NCBI GenBank assembly: GCA_965223265.1
Contig: OZ244999.1
Coordinates: 3,584,001 to 3,648,000 of the forward strand
From: Planctomycetota bacterium
GTDB taxonomy: Bacteria; Planctomycetota; UBA8108; SXIK01
DNA: 64,000 nucleotides
Direction: 5' to 3'
Every line of letters starts with the position of its first letter. Positions within the stretch are counted from its first letter, which is position 1. The notes beneath the pieces are model-generated. The model ran no database searches. It was given only the letters and a program-made list of their open reading frames with translations, and had not been told where the DNA came from. Shown piece by piece: positions 22,179-32,389 of the stretch. A program made the position numbers and the translations under genes.

Positions 22179-22406
22179 CTACCTTCGCGTTTTCTTGATA
22201 AGCGCTCGTTTCACATCACCATCTTCGAAATGTTGTAGATGGTTCCCGGTCATCGAAGCCCAAGCCTTGATGTCTGCTTCGAATGCCGGATCCGTGGCCT
22301 CGACTAGAAGAGTCTGGTCTGAGTCGAGACCTGCGATCGCTTTGCTCACCTTAACAATCGGAAGAGGGCATTTGAGAGAAGTGCAGTCAAGAGTGTGATT
22401 AGCCAT
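22179..22406 (-). CDS. tusA: TusA/SirA family sulfur carrier
   Basis: 75 aa from ATG 22406: LDCTSLKCPLP (CPxP motif) and ATDPAFEADIKAW. Confidence 0.88.
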   Translation of the reverse strand: MANHTLDCTSLKCPLPIVKVSKAIAGLDSDQTLLVEATDPAFEADIKAWASMTGNHLQHFEDGDVKRALIKKTRR

Positions 22407-22764
22407 GCATTCAGTCTTCGTCAGTCGTTGTTTTCGTTCGAGGAATTCAACGGGCTGTGTTAGAGCCACGGCGGTCTTGTGCCCAGACGGTGGCGATAAC
22501 GCTCCCTTTTCAGGAGATCGTTTCCTTGTTTCTCCTATCGCTTTACATCCCCAAGAATCTTCAATCTCGATCGATAGGAAGGCCGACGAAGAAATGAAGC
22601 GATGAGGATCACCCAGAAGTGACGCTGGATCTCTCATGTTCCGCTCAAGAGAGACTTCACGCTGGGCCGGTAAAGGGCTCTTGCACAGCGGCATCGTCGT
22701 CACACGTCGACGACGGCTTTCAACTGCGGCGAGACGATCGAACCGCCGCTTCTACAGAGAACAC

Positions 22765-24171
22765 ATGACGCCACGGGAAATCTCCTTCGCACGGCTATTT
22801 CAGCTGCTTTCCTCCTTGCCAGCGCCGCAGCGAGAACCGCTGGAGGCTGAACTCTTGGCTGTGCAAGCTCAAGTCAAGGCGACTCTGAAAGATTTCGATC
22901 TCGTCTCCCAATCGCAAGCGGAGGCCATCGTCCGCTCGACGCAGATCATGGAAGAACTAGAAGAAGCACAGCAGAAAGCCGAGTGCGCTAGTGAGACGAA
23001 AAGCGCGTTTTTGGCGAACATGAGCCATGAGATCCGCACTCCCATGCATGGCGTGATCGGCACGATTCGACTCCTCCTCGATTCCGGCCTTGAGCCTCGT
23101 CAGCGCCGATTGGCCGAGGCGGCACGATCGTCCGCAGACATCTTGTTGGCGCTACTGAACGACATTCTTGACTTCTCCAAGATCGAATCTGGAAAGCTCG
23201 AACTCGAACTCGTCGAATGCGAGCTCCAACCAGTGGTCGAAGACTTAATGAATGGGTTCACCCCTCTGGCCATCGACAAGGGGCTTTGCCTGGAAACTCG
23301 ATTCGCCCCGAGTCTGCCGCAGACCGTGCTCGTCGACCCGCTACGGATTCGACAAGTCCTCGGCAACCTCTTGGGCAACGCCATCAAATTCACGGAGTCG
23401 GGGACGATCTGTGTGCGCGCCTCGTGTGCCTCCGGCGATAAGCTTGGGGAGAACGCCATCGAAATCTCCGTCCAAGACACAGGTTGTGGCATTTCGCCCG
23501 ACAACCTCTCACGTCTCTTCGAATCCTTCTCACAAGAGGACAGCTCGATCTCTCGGCGCTTTGGTGGTTCCGGGCTTGGTCTAGCGATCGCCAAGAGTCT
23601 CGTCGAGCTCATGGGCGGTAGGATCTCCGTCTCGAGCCAAGTCGGTGAAGGTTCCGTGTTCTCGGTCGTGATCCCTGCCACCTTGCTGCCGGCTCAGAGC
23701 GCTCGGACTTCTCCGCCTCTGACGGATCAGAGACTCGACCACAACGAGATCGACCAGACAGCGTTCGGCACGACCGACGACAGCCGCGTTCTCCTCGTCG
23801 AGGACCAAGAAATCAACCGCCTCGTCACCGTCGAGGTGCTGGCTGCAGCGGGCATCGAGTGTGACGCCGTCGACTCCGGCGCGGCCGCGCTCGAGAAGCT
23901 GACGGCAGAGACCTACGATTTGGTCCTCATGGACTGTCAGATGCCGGGCGTCAACGGCTTCGATACAACGCGGGAAATCCGCCGCCGGGAATCTGCGGAC
24001 CCAGATGCGGTGGCGATCCCAATCATTGCGATTACAGCCAGCGCGATGAAGAGCGATCGAGAGGAGTGCTTGCGAGCCGGGATGGACGACTACATGACGA
24101 AGCCGTTCGACCCAAACCACCTGATTGCCTTGGTGCGTCGGTATCTGGTGCGGACCTGTACCGATGCGTAA
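22765..24171 (+). CDS. Cytoplasmic hybrid histidine kinase/response regulator
   Basis: H-box [12 protein letters not shown]; N-box [10 protein letters not shown]; G-boxes DTGCGI and GGSGLGL; receiver LLVEDQ...LMDCQMP...KP. No TM or sensor domain seen. Confidence 0.92.
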   Translation: MTPREISFARLFQLLSSLPAPQREPLEAELLAVQAQVKATLKDFDLVSQSQAEAIVRSTQIMEELEEAQQKAECASETKSAFLANMSHEIRTPMHGVIGTIRLLLDSGLEPRQRRLAEAARSSADILLALLNDILDFSKIESGKLELELVECELQPVVEDLMNGFTPLAIDKGLCLETRFAPSLPQTVLVDPLRIRQVLGNLLGNAIKFTESGTICVRASCASGDKLGENAIEISVQDTGCGISPDNLSRLFESFSQEDSSISRRFGGSGLGLAIAKSLVELMGGRISVSSQVGEGSVFSVVIPATLLPAQSARTSPPLTDQRLDHNEIDQTAFGTTDDSRVLLVEDQEINRLVTVEVLAAAGIECDAVDSGAAALEKLTAETYDLVLMDCQMPGVNGFDTTREIRRRESADPDAVAIPIIAITASAMKSDREECLRAGMDDYMTKPFDPNHLIALVRRYLVRTCTDA

Positions 24172-24230
24172 GCTCGGGGCGCTCGCAGCTTGATCGTCTG
24201 CAGAGCGGTCCGACTGGAGTCCTAAAGAGC

Positions 24231-24866
24231 TCAAACCCAAGCGTCGGTGGGTAGTACGTACGCCATGACCGCGACATAGTGGCAAACGCTCCCGGCGAGA
24301 ACGAACAAGTGCCACGCCGCGTGCATGTAGGCGCGGTGACTCAACGCGTAGAAGATCACTCCACTGGTGTAGAACACCCCGCCGGCGAGAATCCAAACGA
24401 TACAGCCAATCGGGAATTGCGTCAGGATCGGATAGACCGCGACGAGCGCCAGCCACCCCATGAGGATGTAGGCGGCTGTCGAAATCACCTCGTAGCGACC
24501 GGTCCAGAAGACCTTGAAGCTGATTCCGGCGAGGGCGAACCCCCACACGAGCCCGAAGAGAGTCCAGCCCCACGCACCACGCATCATGACGAGAGTGAAC
24601 GGTGTGTAGGTTCCCGCGATGAGGAGATAAATGCAAGCGTGGTCAAGGATGCGTAGGAGTTTCTTCCAACGCGGTGTCACGACTGCGTGATAGAACGTCG
24701 ACGCACCGTAGAGGATGATCACCGCGGCAGCATAAACGCTGCAGCTGACAATGTGCCAAGCGTTCCCATGACGCGCAGCCATGACCACGAGCGCGGGCAT
24801 GCCCACGAACGCGAGCAGGAGCCCAAGGCCGTGCGTCGCGGTGTTGGCGATCTCCTCCCGAGGCAA
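24231..24866 (-). CDS. Hemolysin III family (PAQR/TrhA-like) membrane protein
   Basis: EEIANTATHG, ASTFYH, LDHACIYLLIAGTYTPF, HAAWHLFVLAGS.CH. Start uncertain (see findings). Confidence 0.92.
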   Translation of the reverse strand: MPREEIANTATHGLGLLLAFVGMPALVVMAARHGNAWHIVSCSVYAAAVIILYGASTFYHAVVTPRWKKLLRILDHACIYLLIAGTYTPFTLVMMRGAWGWTLFGLVWGFALAGISFKVFWTGRYEVISTAAYILMGWLALVAVYPILTQFPIGCIVWILAGGVFYTSGVIFYALSHRAYMHAAWHLFVLAGSVCHYVAVMAYVLPTDAWV

Positions 24867-25154
24867 TCTGCCGCGTCGCGTCTTTGTTCTCTCTACCAGG
24901 TCGATGATGTCCTCCGTCTGACTCTTGATACGGCTTCTGACTTGTCGGGTCGTCGCACGCTCGACTGGTTGTCAGTGAGCCACACGATGATGATAGAACC
25001 AAAACCGTTGGTGCGCCAATCACTCCATTTCCGCTCGTCTCTCTTACACATCTCTTCAATTGCTGCTGGCCCCAGGGCGTCCGAGAATCGTGCTACGCCG
25101 GAACGCGATCGAACCTGGAGTGCATGTCGTGATGACCGCGCGTTCAACACTCTG

Positions 25155-26207
25155 TCAAACGATCCGCGCGCCGCCGAGACAAATCTCACCGTCGTAGAAG
25201 ATCGAGAACTGCCCCGGCGTCACGCCGGCATCGGGTTCGTCCAGTTCTACCGCGAAGCCGCACGCATCGAGTCCGAAGATCCTACAGCCTACAACTTGTG
25301 GCGAATGACGCAGTTTTGTGGTCAAGCGATGCGTTTGCGGTGGGGCAGTGATCCAGTGCGCATCGACGACCCTAAAACGGTCCCGCTGTGCGCTGCGCAG
25401 ATCGTCCGCATGCGAGACATAGACGACATTATCTCCCACGTCCTTGTCCACGACGTACCAAGGCCCTTGCGACAGCCCGAGTCCCTTGCGCTGCCCGATC
25501 GTGTGGAACCAATAGCCTCGGTGCTCGCCAAGTTTACGGCCGCTACTGCGTTCGACGATGGCACCTGTGCGTTCTCCAAGGTGAAAACGGACGAAGTCGT
25601 TGAACTTGATCTTGCCGAGAAAGCAGATTCCTTGACTGTCGTCGCGCTCGGCAGTCGTGAGTTCGTACCTTGCCGCCAACTCACGCACCCGACTCTTCTC
25701 AAGGTGGCCGATCGGAAACATCGCCCGGGCCAACTGCTCCTGGCTCAGGTGCGACAGGAAGTAGGTCTGGTCCTTCACGGGGTCGATCCCCTTAAGGAGG
25801 TAGAAAAGACCGTCGCGCGCAACGATGCGCCCATAGTGCCCGGTAGCGATGGTGTCAAAGGACGAGCCGATTGACTCGACGAAGGCGCCGAACTTGACGC
25901 GCTGATTGCAAAAGATATCCGGACTTGGCGTATGGCCACGTCGCAACTCCTGGACAGCGTACGACACTACGCGCGCGTAGTAGTCCTGCTGCAGCGGTAC
26001 CACCTCGAGCGGCACACCGAAGCGCGCACACACTGATCGTGCGAAACGAAGATCCTCCTCCCAAGGACAGTCACCCAAGTAGGAGAGTTCATCTTCCAGC
26101 CAGATCTTTAGATAGAACGCGGTCAAATCGCGCTCACCGGCCTCGACGAGTTGAGACAGCGCCACGGAACTATCGACTCCCCCGGAGAGGAGAACTGCGG
26201 TCGTCAC
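25155..26207 (-). CDS. mnmA: tRNA 2-thiouridine(34) synthase MnmA
   Basis: SGGVDS PP-loop, TPSPDIFCN, ATGHY, KDQTYFL, DSQGICF, TIGQRKGL, TPGQ. Confidence 0.96.
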   Translation of the reverse strand: MTTAVLLSGGVDSSVALSQLVEAGERDLTAFYLKIWLEDELSYLGDCPWEEDLRFARSVCARFGVPLEVVPLQQDYYARVVSYAVQELRRGHTPSPDIFCNQRVKFGAFVESIGSSFDTIATGHYGRIVARDGLFYLLKGIDPVKDQTYFLSHLSQEQLARAMFPIGHLEKSRVRELAARYELTTAERDDSQGICFLGKIKFNDFVRFHLGERTGAIVERSSGRKLGEHRGYWFHTIGQRKGLGLSQGPWYVVDKDVGDNVVYVSHADDLRSAQRDRFRVVDAHWITAPPQTHRLTTKLRHSPQVVGCRIFGLDACGFAVELDEPDAGVTPGQFSIFYDGEICLGGARIV

Positions 26208-26288
26208 GGCTTCGGTGGACTCCCAGCAAGGTGGTGAAGACCTGCGGACGCGAGCATCCGAGGTGGCGAATCAAGTCGCCCAGTATAA

Positions 26289-26334
26289 CAGCCCTATTGA
26301 AAGAGTGCTTCGAGCCGAGAAACTGGCCGTCTTC
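26289..26334. mobile_element. Degenerate left end of the MITE family found at 45349
   Basis: cagccctattgaaagagtgcttcgagccgagaaactggccgtcttc versus cagcctgttgaagaagtgcttcgagccgaaaactggtctcttc; no matching right end found. Confidence 0.7.
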
Positions 26335-26545
26335 TTTCTCCGATGGCTGCCGCGATTCGCGCGTCCGACTCCAACTAGGCCGATGGAATTCGCGACGAGA
26401 CCCTCTGCGAATTCATTCAGCAAAGTGCCCAGTGGTTGTTGACCAGCTCGCTGAGGCTGTCAACTGATCGATTCATGTAACGGCTCTGGCACCCAAACGC
26501 GACACGACGGCGAGCACGACTACTCGGCAGAGAAAGCTCGGCACT

Positions 26546-26770
26546 CTACGACTCGTTTCCAGAAACCTCGCGCTCAAAAATCAGCTCGAAGTACCGTGAG
26601 GCGCCGTAAACACCGAGGCTGGGGGCAAATACCTGGACCAGACGCCAACCTTCTTTCGCGTGCCGGTGCACCACGTCCTGGTACCCTGCCAGTGCTGACC
26701 TGCGTACAATAAACCAGCCTTTGCCAAGGCGAACAAACTTGTACTCGTATCTGGGGTGCACGTTAGTCAA
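26546..26770 (-). CDS. DUF4177-like small protein
   Basis: YEYKFV...AKEGWRLVQV...ELIFER pattern. Confidence 0.75.
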   Translation of the reverse strand: MTNVHPRYEYKFVRLGKGWFIVRRSALAGYQDVVHRHAKEGWRLVQVFAPSLGVYGASRYFELIFEREVSGNES

Positions 26771-26884
26771 CTCAAGCCTGATGATTCAACATCCACGCCG
26801 GCATACCTGCGACCCGCGGAGGCAGAGCGCAAGCAAGCGCGGAGTTCCTGAAGTCCATAGTGTAGTTCCCGGTTGCGCAGCATC

Positions 26885-27946
26885 ATGACTCGAAAACCGA
26901 AACAACATCGTGTTTCCGAACTGTTGGTCTGGCGTCGAAAAGTCCGCAGCGCACGGCACGGATTTCTTCCGCCGTCAAATTCCAGGCCGAATCCACTGCT
27001 CCACGATTGTCTGGTGATCTCGTCGATTTTCTGTCCAGGTGCGGTCGTGGCGATGGAGCGTGATAGTGGGCAGCCACGCTGGAGGTTTTGTCCGGGAAGA
27101 TTCGCCGGAGATTCCGCCTTTGCGTTCGGCAACCATCTGCTTGTCAAGAGCTCCAGAGCCGTCTATTGCCTGGACCCTTCGACTGGTAAGGTCATCTGGC
27201 AGTTTGAGCCTTATCGAGAAGACGGTGAGTGGGTCTATTCCGCTCCGATCGGCTACCGGCGAAGCGTTTTCGTCGGCGACCGCAGGGGTTTTCTTCACTG
27301 CCTTGAGACGCACAGTGGACGAGTACTCTGGAGCAAGAAGCTCTCTCGGGCCAAGAACAATCAGCTCAACGGGACACCGTGTATTCACGCCGGCCAACTG
27401 CTGGTACCCACCAATGCCAGAAGCATCGTGAGTATGAACCCGACGACGGGAGAAGTGCTCTGGCGCTGCAGTATCGACGAGCCCTGCATTTACGAGGTCC
27501 AGCTCTTTCGTAGACAGCTGGTTGTTCACACCAGCCGGACTCTCTATCAAGTGAGTCCGTCGGACGGGAGTATCGTCAAGTCCTGGCAGTGGAAAGACGA
27601 AATGATTCGCTGTGTTGCCGTCACGAGACGTCACCTCATGGTCGTACATGGCCGGACTGCGAGCGGCTGCGACGAATCAAGAGAGCCTCAAGATGTAGCT
27701 ATGCGGATCACCGCGGTCACGCCGAACTCAACCCTTCACGAAGCATCCTGTTCCGAGCTCTTCATCGGCATGCGCCAGGACGCAAGCACGGGACTCGAGG
27801 TCATAGACCCCGTAACCGGCGACCATCTCCACCACATTAACTTCAGGGGGCGCGGCGGTGCCGGAGTCACGCTTCCTGCCCTGAGCGAGGGCGTCCTTTT
27901 CGTCTTAGACGACAGGGGGAACGTCTATGCCTTGCGACATCCGTAG
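26885..27946 (+). CDS. PQQ-binding-like (BamB-type) beta-propeller repeat protein
   Basis: Repeated CLDPSTGKVIW, CLETHSGRVLW and SMNPTTGEVLW blades; terminal GNVYAL; no signal peptide seen. Confidence 0.8.
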   Translation: MTRKPKQHRVSELLVWRRKVRSARHGFLPPSNSRPNPLLHDCLVISSIFCPGAVVAMERDSGQPRWRFCPGRFAGDSAFAFGNHLLVKSSRAVYCLDPSTGKVIWQFEPYREDGEWVYSAPIGYRRSVFVGDRRGFLHCLETHSGRVLWSKKLSRAKNNQLNGTPCIHAGQLLVPTNARSIVSMNPTTGEVLWRCSIDEPCIYEVQLFRRQLVVHTSRTLYQVSPSDGSIVKSWQWKDEMIRCVAVTRRHLMVVHGRTASGCDESREPQDVAMRITAVTPNSTLHEASCSELFIGMRQDASTGLEVIDPVTGDHLHHINFRGRGGAGVTLPALSEGVLFVLDDRGNVYALRHP

Positions 27947-28040
27947 AGATTCTCTCCCAGATGCAGCTCATGATCGCTTCGGTCGTGACCACTGGGCCGA
28001 GATGTGTGCGGCAGATGCACCGCCCGTGACGCGCTCCGCC

Positions 28041-31000
28041 TCACTTTGCCGCGACGGGCTCAGGCCTCTTCACGTGGAGAAGGACCGGCAACGACGTCGG
28101 CCGACCTTGATCGCGCGAGACCGCGAAGCAGAGGCGACTGGTCTCGGGCACCCAAGCATCACAAGTGAGAAAGATCTCACGCTCGACGGTGTCCGGCGTG
28201 ATGAGAACGCCGTTCAGCCCGATGTTGTCGACGATCACGCCGTGGGGGAGGTTCAGCACATCGAAGCCGACTCGGTCGTCATGGCGCAGTCGCTCGATAC
28301 GGATCATCGCGCTCATCGTCTCCCCGGGAGCGATGGTCAACTCGACGGGCTTGGCTGGCCGCAGTGTCGCCGGGACCGCGTGAGCTGAGACTCGAACGCG
28401 GGCCAAGTTGTTTCCTTCGCCTGCATGCTGCTTCAGGGTCAACGTCAGCGTCGTGCCGGCAGCAAAGCCAACCGCGGTCTCGAGCTCGAACGTCGCCGTT
28501 GCCTCTTTAGCATCCCCGGCGACGCTCCACCCGGTGTCGGTGTCGCCATCGAAAGCTGCCGTCACGTCACCGCCCTCGGCAGTGACTGACGCCGTCGCGC
28601 CTTTGATCGCGACCTCTACCTGGCTCGCCGGATCGCCACGCGGTGCGGCGGTCAGGGAAATCTCGCTGAGGACGAACGTGCCGCCGTCGCCTCTGCCAAG
28701 GCCGGTACTACGGCCGGGCGGTGGTGAGAGGTCGAGTCTCAGACGATCGATGTGCTGCGAACCCGTCTCGAAGTTGAGTGTGTAGGTGTCCGACTTCGGA
28801 TTGCGGCCGGCTGCTGCAATCACCCCTTCGGCGTCGACCGTCAGCTCCGCACCTCCAGCGGAAAGCGTTCCTGCCGGCTCAAGCACCTGCCACGTGCGCT
28901 GCTTCAGCCGTTCTTCGAGGGTGGTGACGGCCTCGAGGCTGACGAAAATCGATGGTTCCTCTTCAATGACCACGTCGTCAAACGCGGCGACGGTCCTCGT
29001 GACAGTCTCGCCGCCGATCGTGGCGCTGGCGACGACCTTGACGTCCTTCCACTGCGCGGCGAAATCCTCTCCGGCATGAGGCAAGACGTACGCGGTTCCT
29101 ACGGCGTTACGATGGCCGGCCTGAATGACGATCGGCGTTGACACTGTGCAGCCTTCAGGCACTCCCGTGATCTCGACACGAATGGCGCCCTCAAACCCGT
29201 CTCGACGCTGCGCAGAAACCTCGAACTCCGTACCGCTGCCGCGACGCAAAACGACCTTGCCGGGTGCACTGATCTCGAAACCGGGGACGGCACGTCGGAT
29301 ATTCAGTCGATAGGCGTGGAGGGCACTCCCACTGCCCGTGACATCCGTCACACGGACGACGTAGCCACCACTCCTCGGAGCTTCGAAAAGGAGACGTGAG
29401 TCGCGCCCGAGCAGGCGTTCACTGTCGTCATCGTTGGCATAGTTGAGCTTGAACACGGGCAGTCCGTTCGGCACCAACCTTGTGCCTGGGGCGTGAGGCT
29501 CGACGATGTAGCAATCGGAATGCAGTGGATGCGCCGTTGCCGACGTGCCGAAATAGTTCCTCCGTGCCCCGCCGGAGCTGTAGAAGTCCCAAGCCGAATC
29601 GGGCCCACGGGGCTTGCGAAACAGGCGCACGACTTCGCCATTCATGTACAGGTACTGATTGAGCTCCATCTCCTCCCAGTAGTCGAGCCGGGCGCCTCCG
29701 GTGCGTGAATCGATCGGGCGAAAGTTGATCACGGAGTCGCGAACCGCCTGCAGAACAACCTGAGGCACAGCGGCGCCTTCAGTGTCGAGAATCTCGATCT
29801 TCGTGTCGATGGGAGAGCCCAGCTTGGCAGCAGCGACCTCAAGCACGAGGTTCTCGCCCGCTTCGGCTTCAAAACGAAAACAGTCAACGTCCATCGATCC
29901 GTTCGACGCATCTCCGTGCCGCCAAATTCGACCGTTCACCGCTCCCGGAACACTCAACCGGCCAGCGGCAAGAGTGTCGTCGTTGGGTTCGCTCTCGACG
30001 CCGGAGTCGACGGCGTAGGCTTCGACTGTAAACGTCTCTCGCGCTCGCACCGGTACCTCGACCGTCGTCGTTCCCGGCTTGTCAGGATGCGCAGCTGCGG
30101 CCAGCCCCTCCGGCAAGTTGTAGCCGATGAGTTCGAGCTGCGACTCCTGCCCGCTCGACACGGTGAGAGGAAACACTCCCGTAATCAACGGCATTTCACC
30201 GACGGAGAGGCGGTAGTCGTGCTTTGCTGAGCCTTGTTGCTTGAGGTCGCTGACCCGGATAACGTACTCGCCGCTCGCAGGTAATTCGTGAACGATCAGG
30301 GGATCTTGGTCGACGCCATGATCGTTGTTGCTCGCGATGACGCGTCCTGCCTGATCCACGAGCGTCAGCACCAGATCGGCGTCGGAACCGAGCCGGCGCC
30401 CCTCCGCATCGAACACCCAGGTCTCGCCAGCTTCGCCGCGCAGCCGATACTCGTCGACGTCACCCAAGCTCTCGAGCTGACCCCAAACACTCGTCGGCTT
30501 GGTCACTAGACGATCGTCCTCGCGCGCGTCACGTTCGTAGAAGTGAGGCAGGTCACCAACGAATAGTTTGACGCGATTACTCTCCCCAGCCGCGTTCGTT
30601 GCGGCGAGTTCGATCGGGCCCGGCAGCTGCTTCGCCGCCACCGTGACCTCGACCCAGACGCTCGAGTCGTCTTCGGCGCCATCACCGTCTGCCGCAGGGA
30701 CCAGACGAGCCTTCGTGCCTTCCGCCGCGCCGTGGAGGTCGATCCTCGCCACCGCTGCGAGGTGTTTGCCGATGAGCCGCAGGCGCGTCGTCGCGGCCGG
30801 CCCGACACAGCGTGGTTCCACGCGCTCGAGCTCTGGCTTCTCCTTGCCATCTGCGACATCTGCGTTGTCCGGGGCGTCTCCGACTCCGGCCAGCGCTGCA
30901 GCGGCGATGGCACTTTCGAGCCAACCGCGCTGGCGAGCCCGTGGCGACGGCAGTAGCTCGGGCGCGCGTCGAGCGACTCCGCCCTCTACTGGTGCCGCGC

Positions 31001-32378
31001 AGGCGTAGCGCAGCAGCGAACCATGCTCCACGTCGAAAAACTGAAACTCCCCGTTCAGGCACGCGACCGCGACCTGCCGGCTATCGCCCGAAAAGGCGAC
31101 AGCGCCCGGCCAATCCGGCTGCTCTGGCAACAGGAAGCGCTCGGTGAGCGAGCCGGCGTTCCAGAGCTTGACGGTTCGATCCTCCGCAGAGGTGACCAGC
31201 TGCGTGCCATCGCGGGCGTAGCGTAGCCGAAGGATTGCACCTTCATGTCCGTAGCGGGAATAGACCAGTGAGTTCGTTCCCTCGCGGGCCGATTCGCTCA
31301 AGTCCCAGACGCGAATGCGACTCTCGACTCCCGCTGCAGCGATGCGTTTCCCATCCGGACTGAAGTCAACGGTGTAGACGCCCTTCGTCGCCTCGCTGAA
31401 CGTGTCGAGTCGCTCACGCGTCGACACATCCCACAGCTTCACCGTGCTATCTGCACTGGCGCTGGCGAGGACCCGGCCGTCGGATCGAAACGCCAAGTCG
31501 AACACGGCGGCGTTGTGTCCGCCGAGCGATCCAAGCTCCTCGCCGCTTTCGATCAGCCAGAGCTTGACCTCGCCGTCGTAGCTGCCCGTGGCAAGAAAGC
31601 GGTCGTCGCGACTGATCGCCAGTGAGATGATGTTTTCCGCATGGCCGCCGAATCGCCTCTGCTCCAGTTGATCCTGCAGCCGCCACAAAACGGCCTCTCC
31701 ACGAAGCCCCGGCTGCCCGCCACCGACGACAAGAAAAGTGCCGTCGTGCGCGTACGCGAGGGCGTTGACTTTCGCAGTCGCAGGGATTCGTGCACTGACG
31801 CGACCAGCGCGAAGCGAGTAGAGTTCCACCTCGCCGAAACGGCCGAGCGCAATCGTGGCATCGTCTCGTGAAAACGCGGCAGCGGTAATCGGCCGCGGCG
31901 GGGTACCACGAGGCACGATCTCCGGCACCGTCAGGAGTCCGTCCGTATCGACAGCCGGTTTGGGAGCCCCGGCGTCGATCCAGGCTTCGAGAACGGCGAT
32001 CTCGCCCGCTGTGGGGCGCTCACGTTTCCCCGGCGGCATGAACGGCTTCTTCTCGCGCTTGACGAGCTGAATCAAAAGGCTCTCTTTGGCCTTTCCAGCT
32101 GCGACCGCAGCTCCACTTTCGCCTCCCTGCGCGAGGGTACTGTACGAGGTCAAGTCGAGATCGCCACGCGCTTTCTCACCGTTGTGACAGCCGGTGCAGT
32201 GCTTGCGAAGAATCGGTGCGACGTCCTTGGCGAAATCGGGAACCGCTTCGCCGCGCACGGTAACACACAACGCCAGCAGCATGACGAACGCAAAAGGGAG
32301 ACTCTCGATGAAAGGGTTACGGTGCACACGCGACGCTGCTCGATGTGCGGGAGATGGCGTTGAGTGTTGGGCGTTCAC
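28041..32378 (-). CDS. Planctomycete cytochrome c + WD40 repeats + PPC (pre-peptidase C-terminal) domains fusion protein
   Basis: PILRKHCTGCH; WD40 repeats (GHNAAVFDLAF...ASASADSTVKLWD); PPC motifs ESEPND and DVDCFRF. The ORF is open to 32432; GTG 32378 chosen to avoid overlap. Confidence 0.9.
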   Translation of the reverse strand: MNAQHSTPSPAHRAASRVHRNPFIESLPFAFVMLLALCVTVRGEAVPDFAKDVAPILRKHCTGCHNGEKARGDLDLTSYSTLAQGGESGAAVAAGKAKESLLIQLVKREKKPFMPPGKRERPTAGEIAVLEAWIDAGAPKPAVDTDGLLTVPEIVPRGTPPRPITAAAFSRDDATIALGRFGEVELYSLRAGRVSARIPATAKVNALAYAHDGTFLVVGGGQPGLRGEAVLWRLQDQLEQRRFGGHAENIISLAISRDDRFLATGSYDGEVKLWLIESGEELGSLGGHNAAVFDLAFRSDGRVLASASADSTVKLWDVSTRERLDTFSEATKGVYTVDFSPDGKRIAAAGVESRIRVWDLSESAREGTNSLVYSRYGHEGAILRLRYARDGTQLVTSAEDRTVKLWNAGSLTERFLLPEQPDWPGAVAFSGDSRQVAVACLNGEFQFFDVEHGSLLRYACAAPVEGGVARRAPELLPSPRARQRGWLESAIAAAALAGVGDAPDNADVADGKEKPELERVEPRCVGPAATTRLRLIGKHLAAVARIDLHGAAEGTKARLVPAADGDGAEDDSSVWVEVTVAAKQLPGPIELAATNAAGESNRVKLFVGDLPHFYERDAREDDRLVTKPTSVWGQLESLGDVDEYRLRGEAGETWVFDAEGRRLGSDADLVLTLVDQAGRVIASNNDHGVDQDPLIVHELPASGEYVIRVSDLKQQGSAKHDYRLSVGEMPLITGVFPLTVSSGQESQLELIGYNLPEGLAAAAHPDKPGTTTVEVPVRARETFTVEAYAVDSGVESEPNDDTLAAGRLSVPGAVNGRIWRHGDASNGSMDVDCFRFEAEAGENLVLEVAAAKLGSPIDTKIEILDTEGAAVPQVVLQAVRDSVINFRPIDSRTGGARLDYWEEMELNQYLYMNGEVVRLFRKPRGPDSAWDFYSSGGARRNYFGTSATAHPLHSDCYIVEPHAPGTRLVPNGLPVFKLNYANDDDSERLLGRDSRLLFEAPRSGGYVVRVTDVTGSGSALHAYRLNIRRAVPGFEISAPGKVVLRRGSGTEFEVSAQRRDGFEGAIRVEITGVPEGCTVSTPIVIQAGHRNAVGTAYVLPHAGEDFAAQWKDVKVVASATIGGETVTRTVAAFDDVVIEEEPSIFVSLEAVTTLEERLKQRTWQVLEPAGTLSAGGAELTVDAEGVIAAAGRNPKSDTYTLNFETGSQHIDRLRLDLSPPPGRSTGLGRGDGGTFVLSEISLTAAPRGDPASQVEVAIKGATASVTAEGGDVTAAFDGDTDTGWSVAGDAKEATATFELETAVGFAAGTTLTLTLKQHAGEGNNLARVRVSAHAVPATLRPAKPVELTIAPGETMSAMIRIERLRHDDRVGFDVLNLPHGVIVDNIGLNGVLITPDTVEREIFLTCDAWVPETSRLCFAVSRDQGRPTSLPVLLHVKRPEPVAAK

Positions 32379-32389
32379 GCTTCGTTCCG

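Noticed and set aside
22446-22457. TTCAACGGGCTG as a fourth MITE copy
   Set aside because: Only 12 bp match with weak flanking similarity; not called as a feature.
24687-25874. 395-aa plus-strand ORF, and similar long ORFs at 8301-9215, 10405-11301, 19632-20579, 38057-38878 and 58756-59643
   Set aside because: Antisense shadows of well-supported genes in high-GC DNA; no recognisable motifs.
26215-26442. 75-aa ORF upstream of mnmA
   Set aside because: It runs through the MITE remnant and has no clear SD or motif.
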